In this document: positions 37,937-47,450 of the stretch, piece after piece
How the letters are laid out: each line of letters opens with the position of its first letter
How positions within the stretch are numbered: position 1 is the first letter of the stretch
Virus record (IMG/VR): IMGVR_UViG_3300043448_000837
Location: 1 to 64,000 of that record
Strand: one strand, 5' to 3'
DNA: 64,000 bases
Source of the DNA: a virus
The notes under the pieces: generated by a model
What the model was told of the DNA's origin: nothing
Seen by the model: the letters and a program-made list of their open reading frames with translations, nothing else
Database searches by the model: none
Program-made: the position numbers and the translations under genes

Positions 37937-38256
37937 TCGGTGTCTTCCTCATCGGATCCGCTTGCCTTGGCAACGAGGTCGCTGAGTTTCTTGAAGTCTC
38001 TCACGCCGAGGTCAAGAATTTCGTCGTAAGTGATCTTGTCGGAGCCTACAATCAGGCGCTCGATGATCTTCATACCTCGCTCAACGTCACCGGCTTTGCC
38101 AAGTTCTTTCTCCATATACAGGAGATCGCGGCCAGTCATTTCGCGGATTTGAATCTCTCGACCGTCTGAAATCTTAGTGGAGAATGTTTCGAGCTGCTTT
38201 TGTTTTTTGTCCGCTGCCGGAGTTGGTTGTCCAGCATCTGTTGAAATGGTTCGCAT
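37927..38256 (-). CDS. Tail assembly chaperone (G)
   Basis: IQIREMTGRDL...ILDLGVRDF; ends in a slippery heptamer. Confidence 0.8.
   Translation of the reverse strand: MRTISTDAGQPTPAADKKQKQLETFSTKISDGREIQIREMTGRDLLYMEKELGKAGDVERGMKIIERLIVGSDKITYDEILDLGVRDFKKLSDLVAKASGSDEEDTDPN
37930..37936 (-). other. -1 programmed frameshift slippery site C CCA AAC
   Basis: X XXY YYZ heptamer immediately before the TAA stop. Confidence 0.8.
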
Positions 38257-38264
38257 AGTAATTG

Positions 38265-38489
38265 CTAAGTGAATCTGTCAAGTTTTACCCTCGCGTCAAC
38301 AAGCTGCTTTTCAATCGACTCGGAACCTTCGCCAGGCGGCAGAGACAAGTAAATTTCCTGAGCAGTTTTCCAACTCTGTTTTGCGCCTTCAAGATCTTCC
38401 AGCTTTAGTCGATCCTCGATATCGCATATCCACATGAAGACTATCTCTTTTCGAAAGTAAGGGTCAATTGGAAGGGGGAACGGCGTCAT
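38265..38489 (-). CDS. Hypothetical protein
   Basis: ATGA overlap with the upstream ORF. Confidence 0.6.
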   Translation of the reverse strand: MTPFPLPIDPYFRKEIVFMWICDIEDRLKLEDLEGAKQSWKTAQEIYLSLPPGEGSESIEKQLVDARVKLDRFT

Positions 38490-38674
38490 AGGGCGCGAGA
38501 GATCGTGAATGCTTGTTGAGGAGAAAAGTACTCGGAGTTGTAAGCGCAATGGACCGAGGAGGGAATTTCTCGTCCTTTTTTATCATAGGGGGTGACCAGA
38601 TAGTAAACTCCGGCAATACCAACCATGGTTTCCAGTGAAGCTGATGCGACACGTGACTTGCGTGACTTTTTCAT
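38486..38674 (-). CDS. Hypothetical protein
   Basis: ATGA overlap with the polymerase stop. Confidence 0.55.
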   Translation of the reverse strand: MKKSRKSRVASASLETMVGIAGVYYLVTPYDKKGREIPSSVHCAYNSEYFSPQQAFTISRAL

Positions 38675-41466
38675 TTGATGAGACCTTTCTTGATTGCGTT
38701 GAAACGAGTTGTCAGTTTATCGATGGCCCCAATCTCACTCAGCTCTTTCATCGAGTACTCCAAGCCAGATGGCTCTTTGTCGCCGCCAGGGTTGGAAGGA
38801 GTGACAGTCTTTTCCTTAGGCGACTTACGAATCCGGTTGTCGATTGCAACACTGGAAAAGTAAGCTCGTGACAACGGCAGTTCAGGGATGCCAACCGCAG
38901 AATGAAACAGGGACCAGGTGTACATGTGAGCGATTTGAAACAGAACAGCAAACTGCTCTGCATAACGGTCTGGCGTCATAAACCAGATCTCGTCATGAAT
39001 ACTAAGGATAAACCGTGCCGGAATCTTGTATTCTTCGGTGAGCCAGTGGATGGAGGTAAGGAAGATCGACAGAATTTCAGCGCCGGAGGATTGAATTGTC
39101 CAGTTCACTCGCCCGGTTTTGAAGTCGTCGCCCACGGCAGCCGGACGCATCGCAGTCGAGATCTTGGTACCCAGGCAAGGGAGCTGGGGCACACGAGTTC
39201 GCATTGCGATCTCTTCCATAAAGTTAAAGCAGCCGCTGTCTAAGCCGCCTTCATATAGACCATCTCGTTGCGCTCCTTTCTTGCTCTGTAAGAGCTTGAA
39301 CGCAATGTTTTTTACTTCTTCAGGGGATTTCTCCGGGTATTTGCGACGGATGTATGTCTGCACTGCACGAACACCAGCTCCGTACAGGATAGCGAAACCG
39401 ACGATCTTGGCCGTGTCTCGGTCAATGCCGCAGAGTTTTGCAAGTGCGGAGTGCGGGTCCGTGCCTGCCTCTTTCGAGCCACTCAGGACGTTGTAGCCAA
39501 AGGGTGAACAACCGACGTGGCCGCCTTCCCACTTGTCGCTGTAGATCGAGGCGATCTGCATTTCTTGACCGTCAAAGTCTGCACCAACAATCTTCCAACC
39601 ATCTGGAGCTTTGACTCGCGTTTTGAGTTCAGTGCCGATGCGCCAGTTTTTGGTGGAGCACATCGTAACCATCAACGATTCCACGGTTCTGCGAGTAACT
39701 GTGCCGTGGCAAAGAATCTCCGGCAGAGTGACCAAAGAGTCCTCGCCGTAAGGATTGTTGGCACGCAAGAAGATGCGGTCCATCACACGCTTTCGCACGG
39801 AAGTCCAGTAGGACACGGAGTTGGCAATCTCGAGTGCGCGTTTCGCCTCAGGGAGATCGCTGCTGAGGCGACCAACAGCCATATCTTCGACGAAATCTTT
39901 ACTCAACACCCCGCCAACATTGTCGCCATTGCCTTTCGGGTGTGGGATCTTCGTTAGATTACCGTCTTCGTCATGGTAGCACCACCCGTCATTCTTGGTG
40001 AAGATCATCGGGCTTCCTTCGTACTTGAGCTTCAGCATCAGGTGAGCCAGGTTGGATTTCACGCCGATATGCTGATTCTCGTCCTTGATGAAAGGGCGAA
40101 CCCAGTTTGGAATGTGAGCATACTTGCCTTTCGCAGACTTGACCTTCCAGTCGAGTTGTGAAACCCACGGATCTTTGCGCACCCACTGCTGAGCCTTGAT
40201 GGGATCGTTAAGGTAGAGAACGCGCCAGTCTTCGTAAGTTTTCCACACCAGATCTTTACAGATCTGCGTCATTTCGTCGTTGTATTCTTTGTAAACACGC
40301 TCAACATCCTCAATCCACTCGGACCAGTTATCTACGAGCGGAATGATCGAACCGTTCAGATGATAGTGACCGCAGAGAGCAACCATCGAAGGAGTGCTAT
40401 CCAGGTACTTTGGCCACAGCGCCTGAAAGAGTTCAGCAGTGTAGTAAGCATCCTTCAGGGCGTAATCAAGAGCTTCGGTCAGAACTTGACGAATCTGCGA
40501 GAGGTGAGTCGCATCTACGAAGATGTCACGAACTTTTTTATCCACTGCGCCCAGTTCTTTCACGTCCTCACCAAAATACTTTCGGACGGCTGCCACGTGA
40601 AAGTTGTAGCACTGCACAAGGCTGTTCGTAGCGCCTTTGTCAAGCCACTTCGGAGCATAACGCAACTTGCGCTTCTCCTCTGGCGTCAGACTCTCCGGGT
40701 CTTTTCCTGCGAGAACGTACAGCCAGCGTTGACCACTGGCCAATCCTGACACACCGATGTGAGCGGATAGCGTGTCGAAGTAAAAGTTTTCGGGCGCAGT
40801 CTGATCAAGAGTGTAACCCTCGCGAGCACGAACACGGTCGTAGCTGATGTTGTGGCCCGGAATAAAACGGTTGGTACCAATCGGAATCAGTTCGTGTTGA
40901 TCCCACTGGCTTTCGGGGATGGTTGGATCAATCAGTTCAGAAGCTAGCCAAACATAGGCAGCTTTCGCGCTCAGGGCGGTGCCGATGATCGGAAACGCAC
41001 CGCCGTGAACGTAAGTCTCGGTATCGAACGTGAACGCTTCCTCTTCAGGGAAGTCCACCTTCTCGATGTACCAACCACCGGCAGCGTCATTCTCAACCCA
41101 CTCGTACCGAGTCCAGCCGGATTCAAACCGGAACTCTTCAGGTGGCGGCAGAGGGGGAAGTTTGCACCGGGAGAATTGATCACCGAGCTCTTTGTAGCGG
41201 CCAACTTGATCGCTGGCAATCTTTTCGAAATGATCGCGCAAAAAATCACCCTTCAAGTCTGGAAGCGGCAAAGGGCCATCATACAGACCTGCAGGGTGAT
41301 CTACAGGAACAGAAATATCAAATTCTTTCAGCAGGTTTTCTGCTTTCTGAATGGACAGACGAGACATTTTCTGTGGCTTTTCTGTGCCAAAGATTTTGTC
41401 GTGCAGGTCGTCTGACAGAACGGGGTATCCAAGTTGTGTTTTCTTCACGGACGTTAGGTTTTTCAT
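38671..41466 (-). CDS. Family A DNA polymerase, mitochondrial Pol-gamma-like, with 3'-5' exonuclease
   Basis: FDTET, GHNISYDR, DTLSAHIGVSGL, GTVTRRTVE, VGADFDGQE, RDTAKIVGFAILYGAG, RVNWTIQSS, SIHDEI. Confidence 0.93.
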   Translation of the reverse strand: MKNLTSVKKTQLGYPVLSDDLHDKIFGTEKPQKMSRLSIQKAENLLKEFDISVPVDHPAGLYDGPLPLPDLKGDFLRDHFEKIASDQVGRYKELGDQFSRCKLPPLPPPEEFRFESGWTRYEWVENDAAGGWYIEKVDFPEEEAFTFDTETYVHGGAFPIIGTALSAKAAYVWLASELIDPTIPESQWDQHELIPIGTNRFIPGHNISYDRVRAREGYTLDQTAPENFYFDTLSAHIGVSGLASGQRWLYVLAGKDPESLTPEEKRKLRYAPKWLDKGATNSLVQCYNFHVAAVRKYFGEDVKELGAVDKKVRDIFVDATHLSQIRQVLTEALDYALKDAYYTAELFQALWPKYLDSTPSMVALCGHYHLNGSIIPLVDNWSEWIEDVERVYKEYNDEMTQICKDLVWKTYEDWRVLYLNDPIKAQQWVRKDPWVSQLDWKVKSAKGKYAHIPNWVRPFIKDENQHIGVKSNLAHLMLKLKYEGSPMIFTKNDGWCYHDEDGNLTKIPHPKGNGDNVGGVLSKDFVEDMAVGRLSSDLPEAKRALEIANSVSYWTSVRKRVMDRIFLRANNPYGEDSLVTLPEILCHGTVTRRTVESLMVTMCSTKNWRIGTELKTRVKAPDGWKIVGADFDGQEMQIASIYSDKWEGGHVGCSPFGYNVLSGSKEAGTDPHSALAKLCGIDRDTAKIVGFAILYGAGVRAVQTYIRRKYPEKSPEEVKNIAFKLLQSKKGAQRDGLYEGGLDSGCFNFMEEIAMRTRVPQLPCLGTKISTAMRPAAVGDDFKTGRVNWTIQSSGAEILSIFLTSIHWLTEEYKIPARFILSIHDEIWFMTPDRYAEQFAVLFQIAHMYTWSLFHSAVGIPELPLSRAYFSSVAIDNRIRKSPKEKTVTPSNPGGDKEPSGLEYSMKELSEIGAIDKLTTRFNAIKKGLIK

Positions 41467-41499
41467 GGTTTAGTATAGCGGTTTACTTGCCTCGTAAAC

Positions 41500-41868
41500 T
41501 CAGTACGCGGTCAGGTTGTCGATCGGCGGCGGGGGGATCGATCCGGTTGTTCCGCAAGGAACGATTGCTCTGATGGGCTTCGTAGGTTGGAAACCACCGG
41601 AGTTAGTCCACCAAATGTTAGTTGGCCGCACGGGGAACCATCTGTATCTAGGGGTTCCATTTGCGTCGTAAGAGTAGACGCAGGGTTGACCCGCGAAAGG
41701 GGTTCCGGGGTTGAACTGCAGATTTTCAGTTCGAGTAAAATAGTTCGCACTGTTGTTTGCCCAACCTCTGTATTGAGGAGCCAGGATGTTACCTAGGAGT
41801 TCGGTATCAATGGATCCGGCGTTGTACTCGGTGACGGCTTTTGCCATCTGAACAGCACGGGGATTCAT
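41500..41868 (-). CDS. Hypothetical protein with a late-type promoter motif
   Basis: GGGTAAAA at 41892-41899. Confidence 0.65.
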   Translation of the reverse strand: MNPRAVQMAKAVTEYNAGSIDTELLGNILAPQYRGWANNSANYFTRTENLQFNPGTPFAGQPCVYSYDANGTPRYRWFPVRPTNIWWTNSGGFQPTKPIRAIVPCGTTGSIPPPPIDNLTAY

Positions 41869-41898
41869 ACACTTTCATCACAGTTGAACAATTTTACC

Positions 41899-42156
41899 CT
41901 AGAACACACAGTCCCAGCAGAGCTTACCGGGTTCCTCATCATAAAGCCCAAGATTTCTTGCCTCGTTGATTGAATCGAGAGTTTCCCGATCATTCTTGAG
42001 ACGACGATGCAACCGCAAACGCCAGAGGACGTACTCCCTCGCATTACGTTCGGAGGGATCTTCAAGGTACTTCTGATATTTCGTTTCGACCGTCTGAACG
42101 ATACCGATACCAACTTTTTCAATAAGGTGGTCGACTTTCTGAAGAGCTCTTGCCAT
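41899..42156 (-). CDS. Hypothetical protein
   Basis: TAATG coupling. Confidence 0.6.
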   Translation of the reverse strand: MARALQKVDHLIEKVGIGIVQTVETKYQKYLEDPSERNAREYVLWRLRLHRRLKNDRETLDSINEARNLGLYDEEPGKLCWDCVF

Positions 42157-42962
42157 TAGTTTACGGAGTTGAAGGAGAACATTTTGAGCTCAAAGTTGCG
42201 AACACCGGAGCTTTCGTAAACGATATCTTTGTTCTTCTTGTAAATCTCGTAAGCGTCGAACACCGAAGAGAAGTGAAGCGGGCGGTCAGCGGGGCTGCTT
42301 CGCCAAAGGAGCATTTCCTGGAGGGACAGTGGAACGTCGATATCCCACTGCTCGTCTCGCGAAGAGTACAGGAGGGGAAGGGCGTCATTCCGCCACCAGT
42401 CGCAGATCTGGGGGCTGTATTCATCCCAGGCCAGAGGATCCGTAAGGTGAGTGTCGCAAGTTTCGCGAATCCAGTTCACGTACTGGCGACCACGCTCAAC
42501 AACAAGTTTGGCACTCGCCGGAACTTCTTCCAGGAAGTAAGCTTCCTCGTCACCACGAACGACCCGCTCAATAACCGAGGGGAACAAGAAGGACTCGGAA
42601 ATAAGGCGGAAGTCCTCAGCACCTTCGCTAACCAAACGCAGAACAACCTCAAGGATCGACATAGTGGTTGCAATCTGAAGCTCTTCACCCGAAGCATTAA
42701 CTTTTGGTTTCTCGTTCGACAAACCTTTTCGCAGGAGGCTCAACTCGCGCTCAAGGCGACGAACCTCTCGACCCATTTCTCTCTCGAGTTTGTTCTTGTA
42801 AATCTCCGACTGGGTTACCAGATTGTCGAATTTGTTGTCGAGTTTCTCCAGCTCGACGTCCAGCTGCTCCACGGATATCTTCAAGTTGGATAATTTTTTC
42901 TTGAGAGAAGTTACCGAAGAGCGTATTGAGTTGGTTGCAAAAATTAGGTTGTCAGCAGTCAT
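42156..42962 (-). CDS. Hypothetical protein with N-terminal coiled coil
   Basis: Leu heptad pattern; TGATG coupling. Confidence 0.7.
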   Translation of the reverse strand: MTADNLIFATNSIRSSVTSLKKKLSNLKISVEQLDVELEKLDNKFDNLVTQSEIYKNKLEREMGREVRRLERELSLLRKGLSNEKPKVNASGEELQIATTMSILEVVLRLVSEGAEDFRLISESFLFPSVIERVVRGDEEAYFLEEVPASAKLVVERGRQYVNWIRETCDTHLTDPLAWDEYSPQICDWWRNDALPLLYSSRDEQWDIDVPLSLQEMLLWRSSPADRPLHFSSVFDAYEIYKKNKDIVYESSGVRNFELKMFSFNSVN

Positions 42963-43516
42963 CAGATTGGGCGAATCGTTGCTCTTAGTTGGTCAGTGTT
43001 GACGTCGATGACCTCAACGTTAAACGAGTATAGGCTCTCAGGGTCGCTAAGTAAGTGAAAACTCCCCTCAAAGCGGTCACCATCCCGAGAACGCAAGTAA
43101 AAGTTACCAGGCGTGGGTGGCGAGCAGAGTGCAATGTCGCCTGCGAATTCAGGGTTGGACTCTTCAATCGCCGTGACAAGCCTCTGGTAGATTGCAGAAG
43201 CCGCTGCCATCTCACTGTCGTTTGAAAACTGCGCTCTGAGTTCGCCTTCAATCGCTTCCAGACTTGCCGCGATCCCCGTGTCAAGAACAATCTCGAAAGT
43301 TTCGCCTTCGCCCCGAGTCAGGAAACAAACTTCCTCCGAGTCAAAGTTGCATTCTTCCGGGTTATCAAATGCTTGGAAGCCATGCTCCAGAAGCTCGTAA
43401 AAGGTCTCTTTGATTGTTTCAGCGTCAGGGCCACCCAAGTAGTTGGCGATGGCGTGAAAAATACGAGGGTTGGCGAGCAAACGCGCCACCGGGTAAATCA
43501 GCTGTTGTTCGTCCAT
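42962..43516 (-). CDS. Hypothetical acidic protein
   Basis: Clear ORF. Confidence 0.7.
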   Translation of the reverse strand: MDEQQLIYPVARLLANPRIFHAIANYLGGPDAETIKETFYELLEHGFQAFDNPEECNFDSEEVCFLTRGEGETFEIVLDTGIAASLEAIEGELRAQFSNDSEMAAASAIYQRLVTAIEESNPEFAGDIALCSPPTPGNFYLRSRDGDRFEGSFHLLSDPESLYSFNVEVIDVNTDQLRATIRPI

Positions 43517-43587
43517 TACAGTGCTCCGCCGAAGCAGTATAACGATCTCGTCGTTTGGTAATCGTTTAACATGGTTTTACCCGGCGC

Positions 43588-45582
43588 TCACAGTTGAACT
43601 TCTTCAAGGTTGGCCACCTTGATTCCTTTCGCCCCAGGGCGACCTTGCTTCACAGTGCTGAGGCTAAGCTCCACCTTCCTCTTGCGTATCGAAACCCAAG
43701 GAACAGAGTAAGAGCCTTCACCAAGGTACACAAACTCAGCCTCGGCGGGTAGCCAGAGTTTGCCTTTGCTGGTTGCTTTGCAGAGGTCTTCGCCACTCAG
43801 CACCAAAGCCTTGAGTTGACCCTCGAGTTTGAAGACACACAGGTACTTCCGCTGAGAAACTTCGGCTTCGCGTTTCGCGAGAGCCACAGGGCCATAGCCC
43901 GTGGAGATTGGACCTTTGAAAGTTGCCCCAACCTTCTTCAAGAAGCCATCCTGGGTCATTAAAACCACTTTTTCCTTCGCGTCGACGACCATAGCACCCC
44001 TTGGCCCCTTGGCCTGTTCAACCATGCCTTTTTTCAAATCAATCTTGAGAAACCGGGGCTTGGGCGGGGCTGGGGGCCTCTTCTCCCCGGTCCTCGGGCT
44101 GACGGCCAGGCTTCCGGCCGGAGGCTCCACCAGGGCGCTCCTGCGGGCCTCTCCGTGGCGTTTGGCGAGCTCAGTGATCTGTGTGTACACCCACTTATGG
44201 CGCACCTCTTTGTTCTTTACCAGCTCGTCTAGAGTTTTCAGGCGTTCCTCAAGGGTTTCCTTCTCGGCTTCCAGTTCAGCCTGGTCAAGACCAGTAAGTT
44301 GACGAAGGCGCATTTCAAGGATTGCTTCGGCTTGGTCTCGTGTGAACTTGAATGGGCGGTCTACAAGGGCAACGAGTGCCTCTTTCTTTGAGGCTGACTC
44401 CTTAATCTTCTTGATGATTGCGTCAATCTTGTCGATGGCCTTGATGAAGCCCATCACGATCTCAAGGCGCTGCTCGGTGAGGTCTAGCTCCTGGGAGAAC
44501 TTTCGCTCCAGGCGAGCCATTCGCCACGAGAACCATTTCTGACAAATTTCAACTGGGCTGAGCTCAACGGGTCGCGTACCGTCAATAACCAGCGTTTTTG
44601 CTGAATAGCGAGTGTCGAGATCGGTGTATGCGTAGAGTTGCTCAACCAGCTGCTCAGTTCCGACATTGGGCTTCGCAACAATCGTGACACGATCTCCGGA
44701 GAGATCAGATTCGTCGATAACTTCTGCGATTCCATCGAGTTTTCCTTTCTCTAGAGCGTCACGAACTTGTTCACCGAGTTTCTCAGGGTTGACCCCAGGC
44801 GGGAAATTCGTGAATGTAAGTGTGCCACGATCTTTTGCCTTGCCACTTCGTTTCTGTACGCCTGACTCGTACTTAGCGCGGCAGCGAATGTTGCCAGAGC
44901 CTGTTTCCTTGTACCTCTTGAGTTCTTCGTCATTAACAATGTCGCAGCCAGTTGGAAAGTCAGGAATTAGGAGTTCGCGTGCTTTCGCCTCCTTCGGGGC
45001 TTTGAACTCGCACGCAAGTTTGGTGGCCTCTACAACTGCCCGCAGAGAATGGGGTGCCAGCTTCGTTGCGAATCCTACGGCAATACCTGTGTCGCCATTC
45101 AGCAACACCGAAGGGATCGCAGTGTTAAACCGTTCTGCCTCTTGGCGAGATCCGTCGTAGTTCGGCCTCGTCTCCCAGGTGGCTTTGTCCTGCAGAAGCA
45201 GTTCAACAGCGGAGGGTCGAAGTTTACACTCGGTGTAGCGAGCGGCTGCAGGACCGTCAACGGTGCTACCGAAGTTTCCGTGACCGTCAACCCACGGAAC
45301 GTTGTTGTTCCAGGTTGTGGCCATGTTGACCAGAGTGCCGTAGCAATCGCCGTGCGGGTGGTAGTAACCCATCGCAAGGCCAGTTACGCGGGCGCACTTC
45401 ACATAGCGTTTGTCTGGCATCAACCCTTCCTCGAACATCGTCTGAAGGACGCGACGCTGGGCAGGTTTCAAACCGTCATACATGTCTGGGATGGCTCGCC
45501 CAAGTAGGACGGCCATCGAGTAAGCCATGTAATCCTCCTTCATCTGGGAGGTTAGATTGGTCGTTGTTAGGTTTTCTGTCAT
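43588..45582 (-). CDS. gyrA: Type IIA topoisomerase A subunit (GyrA/ParC-like)
   Basis: RAIPDMYDGLKPAQRR, KCARVTG, YHPHGD, catalytic AAARYTE, PDFPTG, QAEAILEMRLRQLTGL. Confidence 0.9.
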   Translation of the reverse strand: MTENLTTTNLTSQMKEDYMAYSMAVLLGRAIPDMYDGLKPAQRRVLQTMFEEGLMPDKRYVKCARVTGLAMGYYHPHGDCYGTLVNMATTWNNNVPWVDGHGNFGSTVDGPAAARYTECKLRPSAVELLLQDKATWETRPNYDGSRQEAERFNTAIPSVLLNGDTGIAVGFATKLAPHSLRAVVEATKLACEFKAPKEAKARELLIPDFPTGCDIVNDEELKRYKETGSGNIRCRAKYESGVQKRSGKAKDRGTLTFTNFPPGVNPEKLGEQVRDALEKGKLDGIAEVIDESDLSGDRVTIVAKPNVGTEQLVEQLYAYTDLDTRYSAKTLVIDGTRPVELSPVEICQKWFSWRMARLERKFSQELDLTEQRLEIVMGFIKAIDKIDAIIKKIKESASKKEALVALVDRPFKFTRDQAEAILEMRLRQLTGLDQAELEAEKETLEERLKTLDELVKNKEVRHKWVYTQITELAKRHGEARRSALVEPPAGSLAVSPRTGEKRPPAPPKPRFLKIDLKKGMVEQAKGPRGAMVVDAKEKVVLMTQDGFLKKVGATFKGPISTGYGPVALAKREAEVSQRKYLCVFKLEGQLKALVLSGEDLCKATSKGKLWLPAEAEFVYLGEGSYSVPWVSIRKRKVELSLSTVKQGRPGAKGIKVANLEEVQL

Positions 45583-46040
45583 GCTACTTTCTTAACGTAC
45601 TTGGTCCAGCGGCCAAACTTGGGACCCCTCTTGCAGTCTGTGATTGTGATGTACCGTTGGTGCTTGTGCTCCTTGAACGGAATGTGAGCCTCAAAGGTTT
45701 CCCCGGTGCTAGGGCGAGTGAAGATTGCCCTAACGTCCCCTGTGCAGTTAGTCACCTTGATCCGCCAACCGTACGCGGTGTACTGACCGTTGACAGGTCC
45801 GTAAGAGGCTGTGATCTTGCAGTTAGATCCGTCGGCAAGATCCCGGCCAGCTACGCTGTCCAATGGAATTCCGTGGCGAACGGAGGACAAAACCTCGTAC
45901 AACCGGGAAACGTCGAGGCACCCCGTTTTAATCAGATGCTCGAGAAGGTCGGGGCTATCATCCATCAGGGACGAGTACTCTGTGAGCAGCCTCCTGCAAA
46001 GAGGCTCGTGAAGCTCGGCAGCGCGGTCAGTTGTGGCCAT
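45579..46040 (-). CDS. Hypothetical protein
   Basis: ORF coupled to the topoisomerase gene. Confidence 0.6.
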   Translation of the reverse strand: MATTDRAAELHEPLCRRLLTEYSSLMDDSPDLLEHLIKTGCLDVSRLYEVLSSVRHGIPLDSVAGRDLADGSNCKITASYGPVNGQYTAYGWRIKVTNCTGDVRAIFTRPSTGETFEAHIPFKEHKHQRYITITDCKRGPKFGRWTKYVKKVA

Positions 46041-46305
46041 CGTTTGAAGGAAGGTTTTGAATTCGCTCGATCAAGGTGTCTACAGCGTCCACTGTGCAAA
46101 ACCGAATCACATCGTTGGTGATCTCAGTTTCGTACGTCAGGTGCGCGTGCTTGCCCTCATTATGGCTCAGGACGGCCACTTCGTAAAGCGCATCCTCGCC
46201 GACTTCGTATTCCGGGATAACAGAGATTCCGTAACCGTTGTCAAACAGCTCCCTATGCTGGAACCCAGCGGGATGGGGGAAGAGTTTAAGATCTTCGAGC
46301 TTCAT
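46027..46305 (-). CDS. Hypothetical phage protein
   Basis: FDNGYGISVI...LYEVAVL motif seen in small phage proteins. Confidence 0.65.
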   Translation of the reverse strand: MKLEDLKLFPHPAGFQHRELFDNGYGISVIPEYEVGEDALYEVAVLSHNEGKHAHLTYETEITNDVIRFCTVDAVDTLIERIQNLPSNDGHN

Positions 46306-46511
46306 TCTTCAAACAGCTGTGCGTATTCCTCTTGAGTGGACATGTCCTCGATCTCACCGATTAGTTCCTCGTCGGTGTAACTCCCGATGTAATTCAGTTG
46401 GGTATCGACGAAGAATCGCTCAAGGTCGCGAGTGGTCATTCCGTCAAGATAACGCTCAACAAGCCATTCCACAAGATAGGAACGTTTTTCAGGGGTCAAA
46501 ATAGTCATCAT
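46302..46511 (-). CDS. Hypothetical protein; paralog of 54529-54756
   Basis: LVERYLDGMTTRDLE vs VSAIVDGLVSQLTLEQL. Confidence 0.6.
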   Translation of the reverse strand: MMTILTPEKRSYLVEWLVERYLDGMTTRDLERFFVDTQLNYIGSYTDEELIGEIEDMSTQEEYAQLFEE

Positions 46512-46525
46512 TAGTAGTAGCGGGA

Positions 46526-46723
46526 TCAGGCCAGAACGGTTTCGATAACGTTCTCAGAGATGCCGAAGTATTCGCAGATAGCAACGCGACGATTGGTTTC
46601 AGCGGAAACCTCGAAGGCAATATCGCGAACTTCGTCGAGGTTAATATATTCTTCACCGTCAACAAGGCAACCGTTGTCGCTAAACATCAGAGCGTAGGTA
46701 AGCATGGGGGTCGTTTGATTCAC
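46526..46723 (-). CDS. Hypothetical early protein (leaderless GTG)
   Basis: Starts 7 nt after TATAGT. Confidence 0.6.
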   Translation of the reverse strand: MNQTTPMLTYALMFSDNGCLVDGEEYINLDEVRDIAFEVSAETNRRVAICEYFGISENVIETVLA

Positions 46724-46797
46724 TGTAATTACTATAGCGCGTTTTGCCCGTTCTGTAAAGGGTGCAAACCGCCCTGGCAGGTACGGTTAACCGCCCT
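46724..46797 (-). promoter_or_regulatory. Early promoter cassette A
   Basis: AGGGCGGTTAACCGTACCT...AGGGCGGTTTGC..TTTACA-17-TATAGT-7-GTG. Confidence 0.85.
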
Positions 46798-47129
46798 CAG
46801 GCACTCTTGAGAACCAGGCGGTCGGCACTGGAGCCGACGCGAAAGGTGCCATTCCAGAGATAAGCACCCCAGAAGTAGGGGTCCTTGTCGGAAACATTCT
46901 GGAACTCGGCGGTAATCGAGCCGTACTGCTTTTGACGATCAACCTCAAACTCCAAGTCACGCAGGTTGCGAACGCCGAAGAACTCTTTCAGGTCTTGCAG
47001 TTTGCTGAAGTACAGATCGCCGACTTTGAACCCAACGAAACGGTTGGCATCGGTCAAGTCCGCACCTTTGCGAACGTATCCGGCTTTGATGACTTGGCCA
47101 GCGACAAGGTTGGAAACGGTTTTCTTCAT
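46797..47129 (-). CDS. Hypothetical early protein
   Basis: Single ORF exactly bracketed by cassettes B and A. Confidence 0.7.
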   Translation of the reverse strand: MKKTVSNLVAGQVIKAGYVRKGADLTDANRFVGFKVGDLYFSKLQDLKEFFGVRNLRDLEFEVDRQKQYGSITAEFQNVSDKDPYFWGAYLWNGTFRVGSSADRLVLKSA

Positions 47130-47203
47130 GTAATTACTATAGCGCCTTTTGCCCGTTTTCGAAAGGGGGCAAACCGCCCTCCGAGGTACGGGAAACCGTA
47201 CCT
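47130..47203 (-). promoter_or_regulatory. Early promoter cassette B
   Basis: AGGTACGG-TTTC-CCGTACCT, TTTCGA-17-TATAGT-6-ATG. Confidence 0.85.
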
Positions 47204-47450
47204 ACTCGGATATTGAAGCGGGGCGGCCCCAGCGGGCGAGCCGCAGGATGCCAGCGTCTCCATCGCCTGCACAGTGCTCAGACCAAAAAGCGATGATTTC
47301 CATTTCCGTCGGCCCCTGCGGCTCGGGCTGGGCCAGAGCGGCGTTGGCTTTAGCTACCAGCGCAGTTTCGTACCCTTCGTACAGGCTGGTGTGCCTGTGA
47401 AGTTCTTGGGTTAGCTCAGCGCACAGCGCACGGAAATTGGGTTCAGTCAT
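47202..47450 (-). CDS. Small paralog, FRALC/ALAQPEPQGP/LARWGRPA family
   Basis: Shares motif blocks with 47447-47752. Confidence 0.7.
   Translation of the reverse strand: MTEPNFRALCAELTQELHRHTSLYEGYETALVAKANAALAQPEPQGPTEMEIIAFWSEHCAGDGDAGILRLARWGRPASISE

Noticed and set aside
43516-43572. 18-aa upstream ORF coupled to 42962-43516
   Set aside because: Its ATG is only 2 nt from the promoter motif and probably not within the transcript; no further support
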